Part shown: piece after piece, positions 47,562-57,175 of the stretch | Position numbering within the stretch: the first letter of the stretch is position 1 | Layout of the letters: the number at the start of each line of letters is the position of its first letter | DNA from: an uncultured Halobacteriales archaeon | GTDB taxonomy: Archaea; Thermoplasmatota; E2; JACPAO01; JAHFTW01 | Direction: 5' to 3' | Assembly (NCBI GenBank): GCA_964627625.1 | Contig: CAZVJB010000011.1 | Span: 12,175-76,174 of the forward strand | Length of the DNA: 64,000 nucleotides | The notes under the pieces: generated by a model | Database searches by the model: none | The model's input: the letters and a program-made list of their open reading frames with translations, nothing else | What the model was told of the DNA's origin: nothing | Program-made: the position numbers and the translations under genes

Positions 47562-47702
47562 GAAAGCAGGCTGGACGCGGACACCGCTGCGTGTTGCAAA
47601 ACAACCGAAACGCTGGCCACGCCGTTCGTTTGGCCATCACGGCGCCACGGCGAGTCCGGAATCGCCTGCTCCTCCCAAGCGGGTGGCCGTATCCTCCATC
47701 GT

Positions 47703-48440
47703 TTATTGTGAAACGCGTGGCAGGCGTTGTCTTTGTGGGACGCTGTAGGTGCGCTGGCGGCCGGGTCTGGCTCGAATGAGCCCGGCGTCCTCGAGTTGTT
47801 GGAGGCGGAACTGCGTGGTGGAGCGGGGCCAATTCCAATTTGTCTTGGCATGGTCGATGATGTTGGATTGTGGCGCGCGTTTGTGCGTCTGGATGAAACG
47901 CAGTAACTCCTCGAACCGCTCGTCGGCGAATAAGAGGCGGCGCTTCCAGTCTCCGGGAGCCAATCCAACCCAAATCGCGGTGCGGTTGCGCCACGTTCGC
48001 GTCGCCACGATGTGCAGCGCCTCCAGATGCGCTACGTAGGCCGCCGTTTGACTAGCGCCCAAACCGACGCGCCTGGCCAGTTCCCGCATCCAAATGCCTG
48101 GGCACTCCTGGATCACTTTGAAGATACGCCTGGATTCAGCCACATGCAAGGCATACTGCGACGTGGATGGGATGCGGCGCGACGCCGCAACTGGCTTGCA
48201 GTGAACCAGGGTGGCAGCACCAACCTTGGCTTGCCAAAGAAGACCCTTGGCAACCAGTTGCCTAACGTGGCCGCCAACAATTGGCCGGCTAAGGCCCGTC
48301 TGCTGCACGATGTGATGCAGGCGCACAGGTTCCGCCTCGGACGCCGCAGCCAAAACGCGCACCTCATCCCCGGCGCGCAACATGTAGCCGCGGCTGCGAC
48401 TCAAATCCGACGCCGCCTGCACGAATCGACGACGACGCAC
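47703..48440 (-). CDS. Multi-wHTH transcriptional regulator (three helix-turn-helix units)
   Basis: Three units: RLHHIVQQTGLSRPIVGGHVRQLVAKGLL; IQECPGIWMRELARRVGLGASQTAAYVAHLEALHIV; IDHAKTNWNWPRSTTQFRLQQLEDAGLI. The last carries the W.WPRSTT..RL..L signature. Confidence 0.6.
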   Translation of the reverse strand: MRRRRFVQAASDLSRSRGYMLRAGDEVRVLAAASEAEPVRLHHIVQQTGLSRPIVGGHVRQLVAKGLLWQAKVGAATLVHCKPVAASRRIPSTSQYALHVAESRRIFKVIQECPGIWMRELARRVGLGASQTAAYVAHLEALHIVATRTWRNRTAIWVGLAPGDWKRRLLFADERFEELLRFIQTHKRAPQSNIIDHAKTNWNWPRSTTQFRLQQLEDAGLIRARPGRQRTYSVPQRQRLPRVSQ

Positions 48441-49114
48441 GCCAACTTATCCCTTCTGAGGCAACCGTTGGCGCCAATTCGCGGGCCCATCGCGCTGCCA
48501 CGCGGCCATCGGATGACACCCAACAGAGGGAAAAACGTCAAAACTGCCGGCCCTCCTGGGCAACTTCACGCCTGCAGCAAGACAAGATTAGCGCACATCA
48601 AAAACAGGAGAACATTTTGAAAGGCTGCTTTGAAACATTTGGAGGGGTTTTTGCCGCACCTTGCCCCATCGCCCTACGGCCGCAATAGCGACGCTGGATC
48701 GACGCGCTGCATACCGTGGGCCTCCGCGACTTGCGGAATCAATTCTGATAGGACAAACCTTGGTGTATGAAATCGTGCATCCGAGCGGCCGGCGCGTCCT
48801 ACCGCAACCGAGCCCCAACAGGAAGAAATTCGTGGCGGACGGGTTGGTCCGGCAGCCGCGCATCACCGCGTTCAATCAAGATTTCCGGAAGCCCGCAACA
48901 AGAGAAGACAGAAAATGTCCAGACGGCGGGAAATGGAGGGACACGCCAAGACACCGCCCCCGTGGCAAGTCCCAGGAGGAGGCCAGCGACGACGGCGAGG
49001 GCCCGGGAAACCAGCAACAGGAGAGAAAAAACCGAATCCACGGCAACGGACACGGCACTTCACAACCGTGGCACAATCCCAACTGGGCTTGCGCCACGCT
49101 CAGGGGTACCGGTG

Positions 49115-49852
49115 TCACCCCGCCAGCATCCACCGCCGCCGCGCCAAGGCGGCCGCGGCGATGGCAATCATGGGCAATGGCAGTGGGGCACTCTTGGCGC
49201 CCGCGACAATGTAGGACGCCGTTACGTCGGGTTGGCCGTCAATCTTGGCCGCCAGCGGAGACGCGGTGGCCGTGAAGCCGCTGGTGTGGCTGACCGTGGG
49301 AGTCACGGAGATGTCGTACCTGGTCATGACGGACAACGCGACAGCGGGTGGCGCCGGGGCATCCGGTGAGATGGAGAGTGACTGCGGATCCCATGTGGTC
49401 CATTGCATCGTGACGGGTTGCACGCTTGCGCCCGGCGTTTTTGGCGTGGCGTGCAGGCTCCCCGTGATGGTGAGTTGGAGATTCCAGGTCTGATCTCCGG
49501 ATATGGGGAAGGGTGGAAGAACGGCTGTACCAATACTGGTTGTGGCGGGGACATCTTGAGATCCTGTGACGCGTTGGTTGGGGCAGCAGGGCCGCTGGAG
49601 GTCGTAGACGACATGGAAAACCATCGCTTGCGGTGCTGGTGACAGCGGGCGCGTGATTGTCGCGCCAGCCGCCACGGCCCCCCCGTCTAGGCTCCAGTTG
49701 ACGCTGGCGTCGACGGAGATGGAAATCTGGATGCGACCCCCTTCCGCTTGGGCGGTGCCCAAGTCCTGGTGGTAGGTGACGGGCAATGCAGCGGCGTGCG
49801 CAATGGGCAGGGCGACGATGAGAAGGAGGCAGGCGAGGGAGAGGCCACGCAT
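49115..49852 (-). CDS. Secreted protein with signal peptide and C-terminal hydrophobic anchor plus RRR tail
   Basis: The N-terminus MRGLSLACLLLIVALPIAHAAA is signal-like. The C-terminus is PLPMIAIAAAALA followed by RRRWMLAG. The body is Thr/Ser/Pro-rich. Confidence 0.5.
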   Translation of the reverse strand: MRGLSLACLLLIVALPIAHAAALPVTYHQDLGTAQAEGGRIQISISVDASVNWSLDGGAVAAGATITRPLSPAPQAMVFHVVYDLQRPCCPNQRVTGSQDVPATTSIGTAVLPPFPISGDQTWNLQLTITGSLHATPKTPGASVQPVTMQWTTWDPQSLSISPDAPAPPAVALSVMTRYDISVTPTVSHTSGFTATASPLAAKIDGQPDVTASYIVAGAKSAPLPLPMIAIAAAALARRRWMLAG

Positions 49853-49926
49853 GCGGCCAGCAGGGGCTCAACCCATTTGGGGTTTAGCCCGCGTAATGCC
49901 TTGGGGTGTGACCCCGTGGCTGTCGT

Positions 49927-50109
49927 ATGGCCCAACGGCCCACGCTGCAACCGCGCCTGGTCGACGCCCGGGGTCGCGTCCAGCTGCCCAAAGAAGTCCT
50001 CGAACACCTCGGCATTGGCGAGCCAAGTTTCGTGTCCTTTGAATTGGAGGAGGATGGAGTCCGACTGTTCAAGGTGGCCTGGGTGCCGACCAAGACCGGC
50101 AAGCGGTAA
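49927..50109 (+). CDS. AbrB/MazE/SpoVT-family small DNA-binding protein (60 aa)
   Basis: RGRVQLPKEVLEHLGIGEPSFVSFELEEDGVRLFKV matches the swapped-hairpin pattern (R.QITIPKEIRE.LGIKEGD.V.F...DG.I.L.K). Confidence 0.5.
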   Translation: MAQRPTLQPRLVDARGRVQLPKEVLEHLGIGEPSFVSFELEEDGVRLFKVAWVPTKTGKR

Positions 50110-50239
50110 CGGACCGCACTACGCAGGTACCTGGCTCAGCGAGGCGGCCATCTTGGTTGAATAAGCGACCCCGGGGTCGCGTGAGACCTGTGTTTCCGTC
50201 CCAACGGGAGCACCGGCGAATCGTACGTTACGTGTGATA

Positions 50240-50312
50240 TGGGTCTGACCAGATTTGAACTGGTGATATTCACCATGTCAAGGTGACGTCATAACCGCTA
50301 GACCACAGACCC
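50240..50312 (-). tRNA. tRNA-Val (anticodon GAC)
   Basis: The reverse complement folds by hand into a cloverleaf. Acceptor stem GGGTCTG/CAGACCC with discriminator A. D arm GTCT-AGCGGTTA-TGAC. Anticodon stem TCACC/GGTGA with loop TTGACAT. T arm ACCAG-TTCAAAT-CTGGT. No encoded CCA. Confidence 0.85.
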
Positions 50313-50357
50313 GGTTGCGGCGCCGGCATTGCCGACGGGGCGGCCCACTTGGGGCCT

Positions 50358-50864
50358 TCATTTAAGCGCTGCGAGCGGTGGAAGCGTGGCGCGCGGGGTT
50401 TCCTTCCATGCCTGCAAGCGCCTCGCGGCCATCTTGCGCACCTTGGCCTTGATGATTGGCGTCCAGCCAAACAGGAGCCCCGGAGCGCCCAACGCCATGC
50501 GCGACCAACGCCAAAAATCGAAAGAGTCGGCATGCTCGACCACGCGGCCGCGAACGAACCGAAAACGGGCCTCGACGACGTTGACCACGCGCCGCCCGGT
50601 GCCGGAGAACGTGTAGGTCGCCGTCCAACTCGCAGATCCGCTTGTCTCGGTTGCCTGGGCATCGAGGAGTTCAACCTGAAGGTCGCGTGCGCCCGATGCC
50701 AACATGCTCCACATCGCAACGATGTCGTTGCCCCGCAGGTAGGGGAAAACTGGGTCGCCGAATACTGCATCGGGGCCGTAGAACAGCGCCATGGCCTGAG
50801 CGTCACGCCGCGCGAAGGCCGCGTAAAAATCTCGAATGGCCTTTTCGTTTGGGTGCAGCGCCAT
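50358..50864 (-). CDS. NTF2-like / SnoaL-like (ketosteroid-isomerase fold) protein
   Basis: AIRDFYAAFARRDAQAMALFYGPDAVFGDPVF is the typical opening of SnoaL_2/NTF2-like domains. The start is set at the internal Met (MALHPNE) because the upstream extension is Arg-rich. Confidence 0.5.
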   Translation of the reverse strand: MALHPNEKAIRDFYAAFARRDAQAMALFYGPDAVFGDPVFPYLRGNDIVAMWSMLASGARDLQVELLDAQATETSGSASWTATYTFSGTGRRVVNVVEARFRFVRGRVVEHADSFDFWRWSRMALGAPGLLFGWTPIIKAKVRKMAARRLQAWKETPRATLPPLAALK

Positions 50865-50875
50865 TCCTCGCGAGG

Positions 50876-51490
50876 TCACTCGTCTTCGTCGTCGCCGTCC
50901 GCCGGGGCCGCGCGGTCGGCGGCCTTCCACTTGGCAAAGACGTCATCGATGGAGGCCTTGAGGTCCTTGCGCGCCATGCGAACGACGCTGCGGGCCTTGC
51001 GCAGGTCACGATTCATTTCCTGGAACGGCTCGGAGTCAGCAAGGTAGCCGTTTACGACGGCGAGGGGCTCTTCCCACTTCACCAAGTCCTGGACAGATTT
51101 TACTTTCTCCGCCAAGGACTCCTTCACGAGCGCAATCATGTCCTGCGCCTGCTCCAAGTAGACTTGGACCCATTCCTCCTTCGACGGCTCGTCGCCCGGC
51201 CCCGCCGCTTCGGCCCCCTCGGCCTGCCCCTCGAACGCGACGACGGAGTCGGTCAGTTTCTTCTTCACGTCGCGCAACTCGCCACGCTTGGCCTTGAAGC
51301 CTGGGTCGGGTACGGCCTCCGTGTCTGCCAAGAAATTGTCGAGCGCCGTAATCTGGTTGTCCCACATGTACAGGAGTTCCTCTTTGCCGACCGGACGGCC
51401 CGAAAGCTCCTGCGCGTTCTTGAGGTGCGCATCGGCTTGGCGGAGGGCCTCTTGCACTTCCATCACAGGCGCCAGCGGCCGGGGGGGCAT
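50876..51490 (-). CDS. Hypothetical acidic coiled-coil protein
   Basis: Lys/Glu-rich, helix-prone sequence with a poly-acidic tail (DGDDEDE). The start is uncertain: Met candidates at 51601, 51490 and 51463. Confidence 0.4.
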   Translation of the reverse strand: MPPRPLAPVMEVQEALRQADAHLKNAQELSGRPVGKEELLYMWDNQITALDNFLADTEAVPDPGFKAKRGELRDVKKKLTDSVVAFEGQAEGAEAAGPGDEPSKEEWVQVYLEQAQDMIALVKESLAEKVKSVQDLVKWEEPLAVVNGYLADSEPFQEMNRDLRKARSVVRMARKDLKASIDDVFAKWKAADRAAPADGDDEDE

Positions 51491-51640
51491 AAAGGCGGCG
51501 GGCAGGGTCCGGGCGGAGAGGGTCATAGCCCGGCAGACCCGCACCAGGAATGAAGCAGGAAGAAAGCGGCAAAGGCCCGCTATGCGGCCGGGCGCATTCA
51601 TGCAGAAGGGTTTCCTAGACGGACGGCGCTCCGATGCGGC

Positions 51641-53389
51641 ATGGTGGACTACCAGCAGGCCATGGCGCCATGGCGACGCGGCTTTCTGGCGGTCGCGGTA
51701 ACCCTCCTGTCCATCCTGGTCACACTTGCGCTGCTTGGCCGCGCGGATCGCCTCGCCGCCGAGGCGGGCGCCACCATCCTATCTCTGACAGCCGGCATAC
51801 TCGCCTTGACACGCGCCAGGGAACTGTCAGGGCAACGGCGTTTTGCCTGGAACATGTTGGGCGCCGCTTGCCTTGCCTGGTCGGCCGGTGCCATGCTGGT
51901 CACTTATACTGAAGCCGTGCAGCGGGCTGCCGTTCCGGTGCCATCTCTGGCCGATGCGGGCTTTCTTGCCATTGTTCCGTTTTCCGCTTCGGCCCTGCTT
52001 GCCATGGTGGGCGGCAGGACGACCGTGACATCGCGCGTGCGAACGCTTCTTGACGCTTTGCTCATCGCTACGTCCATCCTTCTTCTGGTCTACGCAAGCG
52101 GCGCCCCGGCTTTTGCGGCGGCGGACGGCCCCCAGCCCCAAACCGCGCGGGCCATTGCGGTGGCCTACCCACTTGCGGATCTGTTCCTACTGTCTCTCCT
52201 GCTGCTCGTCCTGCTGCGGGCGGCGGCCCCCGTACCGCGCACGCTCGTTTGGCTCGGTGTTGCACTGCTTGGCATTATGGCCGGTAACTTGGCGTCTTTT
52301 GCCCAGGCTGCCGATCGGTTACAGAGCAACTCCTGGACCGACATCTGCCGCATCGCCGGGTTCCTAATCGTAACCTACGCCGCCATACGGCCGATTGCGC
52401 CAATGCCCGCGGAATCCGCATACAAGCCTGGCGTTCTTATCGCATCTCTGCCGCTGGTTCCCTTCGGGGTGGCGATTGCAGCGGTCATGGGAATGCAGGC
52501 TCGTGACCGCGCCGTTGATCCTTTCATCTTCTGGAACGCCGCCATCTTAGTCATCCTGTTGGCGGCGCGGCAGTACTTCATGCTGCACGAGAATCTGCTT
52601 CTGCGCCGGCAGGCCGACGTCGCCTTGGCCACAGTCGAACAGCACGAACGTCTGCGCACCCAGATGCTCAACAACATCACGCATGATATGCGCCACCACC
52701 TTTCACCAACAACCATGCACTTGGGCATGCTTGCAGCCTGGCCGGAACCCATGTCGGATCGGCAACGCCGCAGCCTTGCAATCATCGGCCGCAGCACCGA
52801 TCAAGTAGCGCGCCTCGCGTCGGACCTGAGCGACGCCGTGCACCTGGAGGCGGGCCACTTCGCCATGCAAAGCCTGCCCGTCGACGTGGCGCAGGCCGCC
52901 CGCGACGTGGTCGAATCGTTGCGCACGATGGCAGAAGAGAAGGGCATCACTCTTGGAGCGGATGCGCCATCCAGTCTGGTCGTCGTAGGCGACCGCGACC
53001 GCCTGGTGCAGGTGCTGTTCAACCTCGTCTCGAATGCCGTCCGCTTCACCCCCGCCGGCGGAACCGTGCGCCTTGTCGCGTGTCAAGTGGCCACGAAGGC
53101 GCAAATTGAGGTGCGAGATACGGGACGCGGCCTGTCGCAAGAACAACTCAGCGTCCTTTTCCAACCCTTCACGCAAGTCCACGAACGCCATGCAAAGGAA
53201 CCGGGCATGGGACTCGGCCTCTATATCAGCCGAGGCATCGTGGAGCAGCAAGGCGGCGTCATCCGGGCAACGTCAGCGGGACCGGGGCAGGGGGCGGCGT
53301 TCATCGTGGAGCTGCCCATGCTGGCCTCGCGTGGCGCGAACGATGGAACGGCGACCGCACCAACGGGAACGACCAGTACGACGCACTAG
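51641..53389 (+). CDS. Membrane sensor histidine kinase
   Basis: The N-terminal ~330 aa hold multiple TM helices. An H-box-like MLNNITHDMRHHLSP is followed by HATPase_c motifs (LFNLVSNAVRFTPAGGTV; IEVRDTGRGL; GMGLGLYISRGIVEQQGG). Confidence 0.7.
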   Translation: MVDYQQAMAPWRRGFLAVAVTLLSILVTLALLGRADRLAAEAGATILSLTAGILALTRARELSGQRRFAWNMLGAACLAWSAGAMLVTYTEAVQRAAVPVPSLADAGFLAIVPFSASALLAMVGGRTTVTSRVRTLLDALLIATSILLLVYASGAPAFAAADGPQPQTARAIAVAYPLADLFLLSLLLLVLLRAAAPVPRTLVWLGVALLGIMAGNLASFAQAADRLQSNSWTDICRIAGFLIVTYAAIRPIAPMPAESAYKPGVLIASLPLVPFGVAIAAVMGMQARDRAVDPFIFWNAAILVILLAARQYFMLHENLLLRRQADVALATVEQHERLRTQMLNNITHDMRHHLSPTTMHLGMLAAWPEPMSDRQRRSLAIIGRSTDQVARLASDLSDAVHLEAGHFAMQSLPVDVAQAARDVVESLRTMAEEKGITLGADAPSSLVVVGDRDRLVQVLFNLVSNAVRFTPAGGTVRLVACQVATKAQIEVRDTGRGLSQEQLSVLFQPFTQVHERHAKEPGMGLGLYISRGIVEQQGGVIRATSAGPGQGAAFIVELPMLASRGANDGTATAPTGTTSTTH

Positions 53390-53405
53390 CGCGCGAGGAT
53401 TCGGC

Positions 53406-54629
53406 CTAGGCGTACTGCGGCGCACCACTTACGACGAGCGAACTGTGCAATTCGCCCTTCTCGTATTTCTTGACTGCGGCAAGGAAGTCGGCCTGCGTGA
53501 TGGCGTCGCGTTCGTTGCGGATGGCGCGCATGCCGGCCTCGGTGCAGATGGCCTGGATGTCGGCGCCCGAGACCGCGCGCAACTTGGCGACGACTACGGC
53601 AAGATCCACATCCGTGGCAACCGACATGCCGGCCGTGTGGATGCGGAAAATCTCTTGGGCCGCCTCGGGACTCGGCAGCGGCACGTCGATTATGCGGTCG
53701 AAACGGCCAGGGCGCAACAAGGCGGGGTCGAGGATGTCGGCGCGGTTGGTGGCGGCCATGATGCGCACGTCGCCCCGCGGCTCGAATCCGTCGAGTTCGG
53801 CAAGCAGTTGCATCAGTGTCCGCTCGACTTCGCGGTTGCTGCTTGTGCCGTCATCCGTGCGGCGGGCACCAACGGCGTCAATTTCGTCGATGAAAATGAT
53901 GCTGGGCGCCTTCTCGCGCGCCAGTTGGAAAACTTCGTGGACGCGGCGGGAGCCTTCGCCAATGAACTTCTGCACAAGTTCGCTTGCGACAATCCGGATG
54001 AACGTGGCATTCGTTGCATTTGCGACGGCCTTGGCAAGCATCGTCTTGCCGGTGCCTGGCAGACCTCGAAGCAAGACGCCCTTTGGCGGCTTGACGCCGA
54101 GTTTCTTGAACATCTCTGGGCGCGTGAGCGGGTACTCGACCGCCTCCTTGAGTTCCTGGATGACGTGCTCAAGCCCACCGACCTGCGCGTACGTGACGTC
54201 GGGCTTGTGTACGACCTCGGTGCCGGAAACGAGAGGATCCTTGCTGGAGGGCAGGATACCAACGACGGTGAGGTTCGTCTGGCTCAGGGTGACTCGTGTG
54301 CCAGGCGTCAACTTGTCGCGTGCCACAAAGTCGGCAACAGGCACGACGAAGTTGGGGCCGGTTGAGGATTTGATTACAACGCGACCGTCCACGAGGATAT
54401 CCAGAATCGAGCCCACAATCAGCGGCGGATGCTTGACTTTCTCCAACTCAATCGTGAGCCGTTGCACCTCCTTGGTCATGTTGCGCACCTCTTCGCGCAG
54501 GTGCTTGACCTCCGTTGCGGATTTGCGCTTGTCTTCACGCAGTTCGGCGTTGCGGCCTTCAAGGTCAACCGCCCGGCCTTCGGGCGCCTCGACCGCGGGG
54601 CCCGCTTCACGGGCCGGACTGGAAGCCAT
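53406..54629 (-). CDS. pan: Proteasome-activating nucleotidase (PAN), AAA+ ATPase
   Basis: N-terminal coiled coil, then GGLEHVIQELKEAVEYPL...PPKGVLLRGLPGTGKTMLAKAVA (Walker A), IIFIDEIDAVG (Walker B) and LLRPGRFDRIIDV. The C-terminal ...QYA has a penultimate Tyr, HbYX-like. Confidence 0.9.
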   Translation of the reverse strand: MASSPAREAGPAVEAPEGRAVDLEGRNAELREDKRKSATEVKHLREEVRNMTKEVQRLTIELEKVKHPPLIVGSILDILVDGRVVIKSSTGPNFVVPVADFVARDKLTPGTRVTLSQTNLTVVGILPSSKDPLVSGTEVVHKPDVTYAQVGGLEHVIQELKEAVEYPLTRPEMFKKLGVKPPKGVLLRGLPGTGKTMLAKAVANATNATFIRIVASELVQKFIGEGSRRVHEVFQLAREKAPSIIFIDEIDAVGARRTDDGTSSNREVERTLMQLLAELDGFEPRGDVRIMAATNRADILDPALLRPGRFDRIIDVPLPSPEAAQEIFRIHTAGMSVATDVDLAVVVAKLRAVSGADIQAICTEAGMRAIRNERDAITQADFLAAVKKYEKGELHSSLVVSGAPQYA

Positions 54630-54749
54630 GTGCGGTTTGCTTCATATGGAAGCGGGTTTTAGGGCTTGCCGTAACGCCCTCAGGGCCTCCCCCTGTTGGC
54701 CCGGGTGGCAACGGCCTTAAAGCGCCGTTCCCCAACGGAAGTGATTCCT

Positions 54750-55292
54750 ATGGCTGAACGACTAAGTGCAACGAAAGAATGCGAAATGTGCGGCAAAAAG
54801 GTCGGCACGCGCCGCTACTTGGTCGAGGGCACCGTCGTGAACCTCGGCTTGGAATGCGCAAAGTATGGGACGGCAATGGACACTCCCGCCCCCGCAGGGA
54901 CAAAGGCGGCAGTCGAGCAGGGCCTCGAACGCCGCGCGCAGCGGATGACTAGCAAGTCGGTCTTCGGCGGCGAATCGGACACCTGGGTTCTGGTCGAGGA
55001 CTACGGGGCCCGCATCCACAAGGCCCGCGAAGCGAAGGGCTGGACACACGAGTTTCTTGGCAACAAGGTATCTGCCCGTGTGCCGGAATTGAAGCACATA
55101 GAGGCCGGAAAACTGCGCCCCAGCGACGAAGTGGCCCGACGCATGCAGAAGGAACTGGGCATTGCCCTTCTGGAGAAAATCGAAGGACCCGCGCCTATCG
55201 TTTCCGGCGCCAAGAAGCCTGCCCCTGGAGCCGGACTGACTATTGGCGACATGCTCAAGGACGCCATGGCGGCGAAGAAGGCGAAGAAGTAG
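54750..55292 (+). CDS. Archaeal MBF1-type regulator: N-terminal zinc ribbon plus C-terminal HTH_XRE
   Basis: MAERLSATKECEMCGKKV...ECAKYG (zinc ribbon), then IHKAREAKGWTHEFLGNKVSARVPELKHIEAGK (an XRE-type HTH). The track ORF starts 54 nt earlier; it is trimmed to the conserved ATG. Confidence 0.75.
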   Translation: MAERLSATKECEMCGKKVGTRRYLVEGTVVNLGLECAKYGTAMDTPAPAGTKAAVEQGLERRAQRMTSKSVFGGESDTWVLVEDYGARIHKAREAKGWTHEFLGNKVSARVPELKHIEAGKLRPSDEVARRMQKELGIALLEKIEGPAPIVSGAKKPAPGAGLTIGDMLKDAMAAKKAKK

Positions 55293-55439
55293 GCGCTTCG
55301 CGGATTCCACCGATTGTCCGTATTCCACGGATTGACAAGTCTGGCGAAGCAAAGACCTTCGACCCATTCCCTTCCTCGTCCGACGGCGGTGTCGCATACG
55401 CCTTCACGGAATGGAACGAATGCAACGGCGCGGCAGCGC

Positions 55440-55913
55440 CTACCGTGCGGGAATCATCGCAGCCCCGCAATCCGCACAGAACTTCGCTGCCTCGAGTTGG
55501 GGCGTTTTGCAGGTGGGGCAACGGACCTTGACGACTTCCTTGGGCTGCATCGACGGGGACATGCCCGGGAAACCCGTCATGCCCTCCATCCCGGGGAATG
55601 CACCCCCCTTTGCGGCGCCGCCCATGCCGCCCATCATCGGCATCGACGCCATCATACGTTTCTTCATGCGCTGGGCCATCACCATGTTGAGCACGAAGCC
55701 AGCCACGATGAGGAATATTCCCACGGCGATGAAGGCGGTCGCGTGTTCTTGGATGAATTTCTGGGCGCCTTGGACTTGTGCCGCCTGCTCCGGCGGGAGT
55801 TGGTTGCCGTACACGCCGACACCGGCGACGCCGAGGCCGGAGAGCATCATGCCCGTCGTGACCAGTCGGATTAGGGACCTGCCGCCCTGGCTTGCCAAGC
55901 TTCCGAGGACCAT
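55440..55913 (-). CDS. Membrane protein with C-terminal zinc ribbon
   Basis: Two TM helices (LVTTGMMLSGLGVAGVGV; FIAVGIFLIVAGFVLNMV), a Met/Gly-rich linker, then CPTCKT...CADCG. Confidence 0.45.
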   Translation of the reverse strand: MVLGSLASQGGRSLIRLVTTGMMLSGLGVAGVGVYGNQLPPEQAAQVQGAQKFIQEHATAFIAVGIFLIVAGFVLNMVMAQRMKKRMMASMPMMGGMGGAAKGGAFPGMEGMTGFPGMSPSMQPKEVVKVRCPTCKTPQLEAAKFCADCGAAMIPAR

Positions 55914-56037
55914 GCCGAAGCCAACGGCAGGCGATACATGAAGCCTGGGGGCCGCTGGTCGACGTCACCCGTGGAGACGACAACGCGGTCGAGTTCCACC
56001 GCGAAGGGATTATCCCGAAGCCCGGCGTCGCCGATTT

Positions 56038-56973
56038 GTGGCCGTGGTCGAATCACCCGAGGTGTTTGCAAAGTGGGCCACCGCGGGCAAGGTCTCCTTC
56101 GAGGCGCTACAACTTGGCCGTCGCCTGTGCGTGCCGGGCGCCCGGATGATCGACGTGGCTGCCGCCGTCGAGGGCCACATCAGCAAGGCGGGTCTCGGTC
56201 AGGCCTTTCCGTGCACCCTGTCGCTCAACGCCGTCGCGGCACATTACACGCCGACGCACGACGACCCCTCCGTTCTCAAAGAGGGCGATCTCGTAAAGTT
56301 GGACTGCGGCGCGGAACTCGATGGGGCCCTATCCGACAACGCCTGCACGGTGGAGGTCGGGGCGTCGCAGGACGGTCGCGGCGGCAAGTATGGTCGCCTT
56401 ATCGAGGCAAGTGAAGCGTGCCTGAAGGAAGCCATCCAAATCATCGGCCCCAACGTGGATCTTGGCACCGTGGGCGCGGCAATCGAATTCACGGCCAAGG
56501 ATTTCGGTTTCAAGGCCATCCAGAACCTCACCGGCCACAGCCTGGAGACGTTCAACCTGCACGCCGGGCTCACAGTTCCAAACGTCAAGATGAATGTCAA
56601 CAAGCGCCCCCGCATCGGCGACGTCCTGGCGTGCGAACCCTTCGTCACCGACGGCTCGGCCGGGCGCGTCGACAACTGCGGGCCCGGCAACATTTACCAT
56701 TACCAGCGCAGCCGGCCCCTCCGCCTGCCCACCATGAAGAAACTTCTCGCAACGGTGGAGAAACGCCACCCTAAACTGCCGTTTGCCGAGCGCTGGCTCG
56801 TGGACGCCATTGAGCCAGCCAAGTTGGGATTCAACTTGCAACAACTGCAGAAGGAAGCCCTGCTGAAGCACTACCCCGCGTTGGGCGAGGCCAGCGGTGG
56901 CATGGTGGCGCAGACGGAAGCGACGCTCGTCATCACGGAAGACGGGTGCGAAGTGACGACGAAGGCTGCCTGA
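56038..56973 (+). CDS. map: Methionine aminopeptidase, type 2 (archaeal)
   Basis: AFPCTLSLNAVAAHYTP, EGDLVKLDCGAELDGALSD, GHSLETFNLHAG and the overall pita-bread metal-ligand spacing (D, D, H, E, E positions). Confidence 0.85.
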   Translation: MAVVESPEVFAKWATAGKVSFEALQLGRRLCVPGARMIDVAAAVEGHISKAGLGQAFPCTLSLNAVAAHYTPTHDDPSVLKEGDLVKLDCGAELDGALSDNACTVEVGASQDGRGGKYGRLIEASEACLKEAIQIIGPNVDLGTVGAAIEFTAKDFGFKAIQNLTGHSLETFNLHAGLTVPNVKMNVNKRPRIGDVLACEPFVTDGSAGRVDNCGPGNIYHYQRSRPLRLPTMKKLLATVEKRHPKLPFAERWLVDAIEPAKLGFNLQQLQKEALLKHYPALGEASGGMVAQTEATLVITEDGCEVTTKAA

Positions 56974-57057
56974 CCCCCGCCCCGCCGGCTGAATCAATCG
57001 AGCGCACCGAAACCACCGACCCGACGAGAGACATCGCCGAGCGCCCCAGGGTCGGTA

Positions 57058-57175
57058 GGTCCTCCCGGCGAGGGGCCGAACAACCCGAGCGTAGCGATGG
57101 GCGTGTGAGTCGGGCGTGGCGGCAGCCGGGACGCACGCGAAGCGGCGCGAGGGGGCGTGGGCCGCCGGGAGGACC
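57058..57175. repeat. Repeat element copy A (118 bp) with 13-bp terminal inverted repeats GGTCCTCCCGGCG / CGCCGGGAGGACC
   Basis: Read directly from the sequence. The conserved 5' block GGTCCTCCCGGCGAGGGGCCGAACA, the central block GTGTGAGTCGGGCGTGGCG and the 3' block GCGTGGGCCGCCGGGAGGACC are shared with copy B. Confidence 0.6.

Noticed and set aside
48441-49114. ORFs 48661-49275 and 48767-49369 in the gap between the wHTH regulator and the secreted-protein gene
   Set aside because: Extremely Arg/Pro/Gly-rich, they overlap each other and the 3' end of the minus-strand gene, and look like GC artefacts.
53406-54629. Possibility that the AAA ATPase is bacterial ARC/Mpa rather than archaeal PAN
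   Set aside because: The neighbouring aMBF1 (zinc ribbon plus HTH) and type-2 MAP are archaeal-specific, so the archaeal interpretation is retained.
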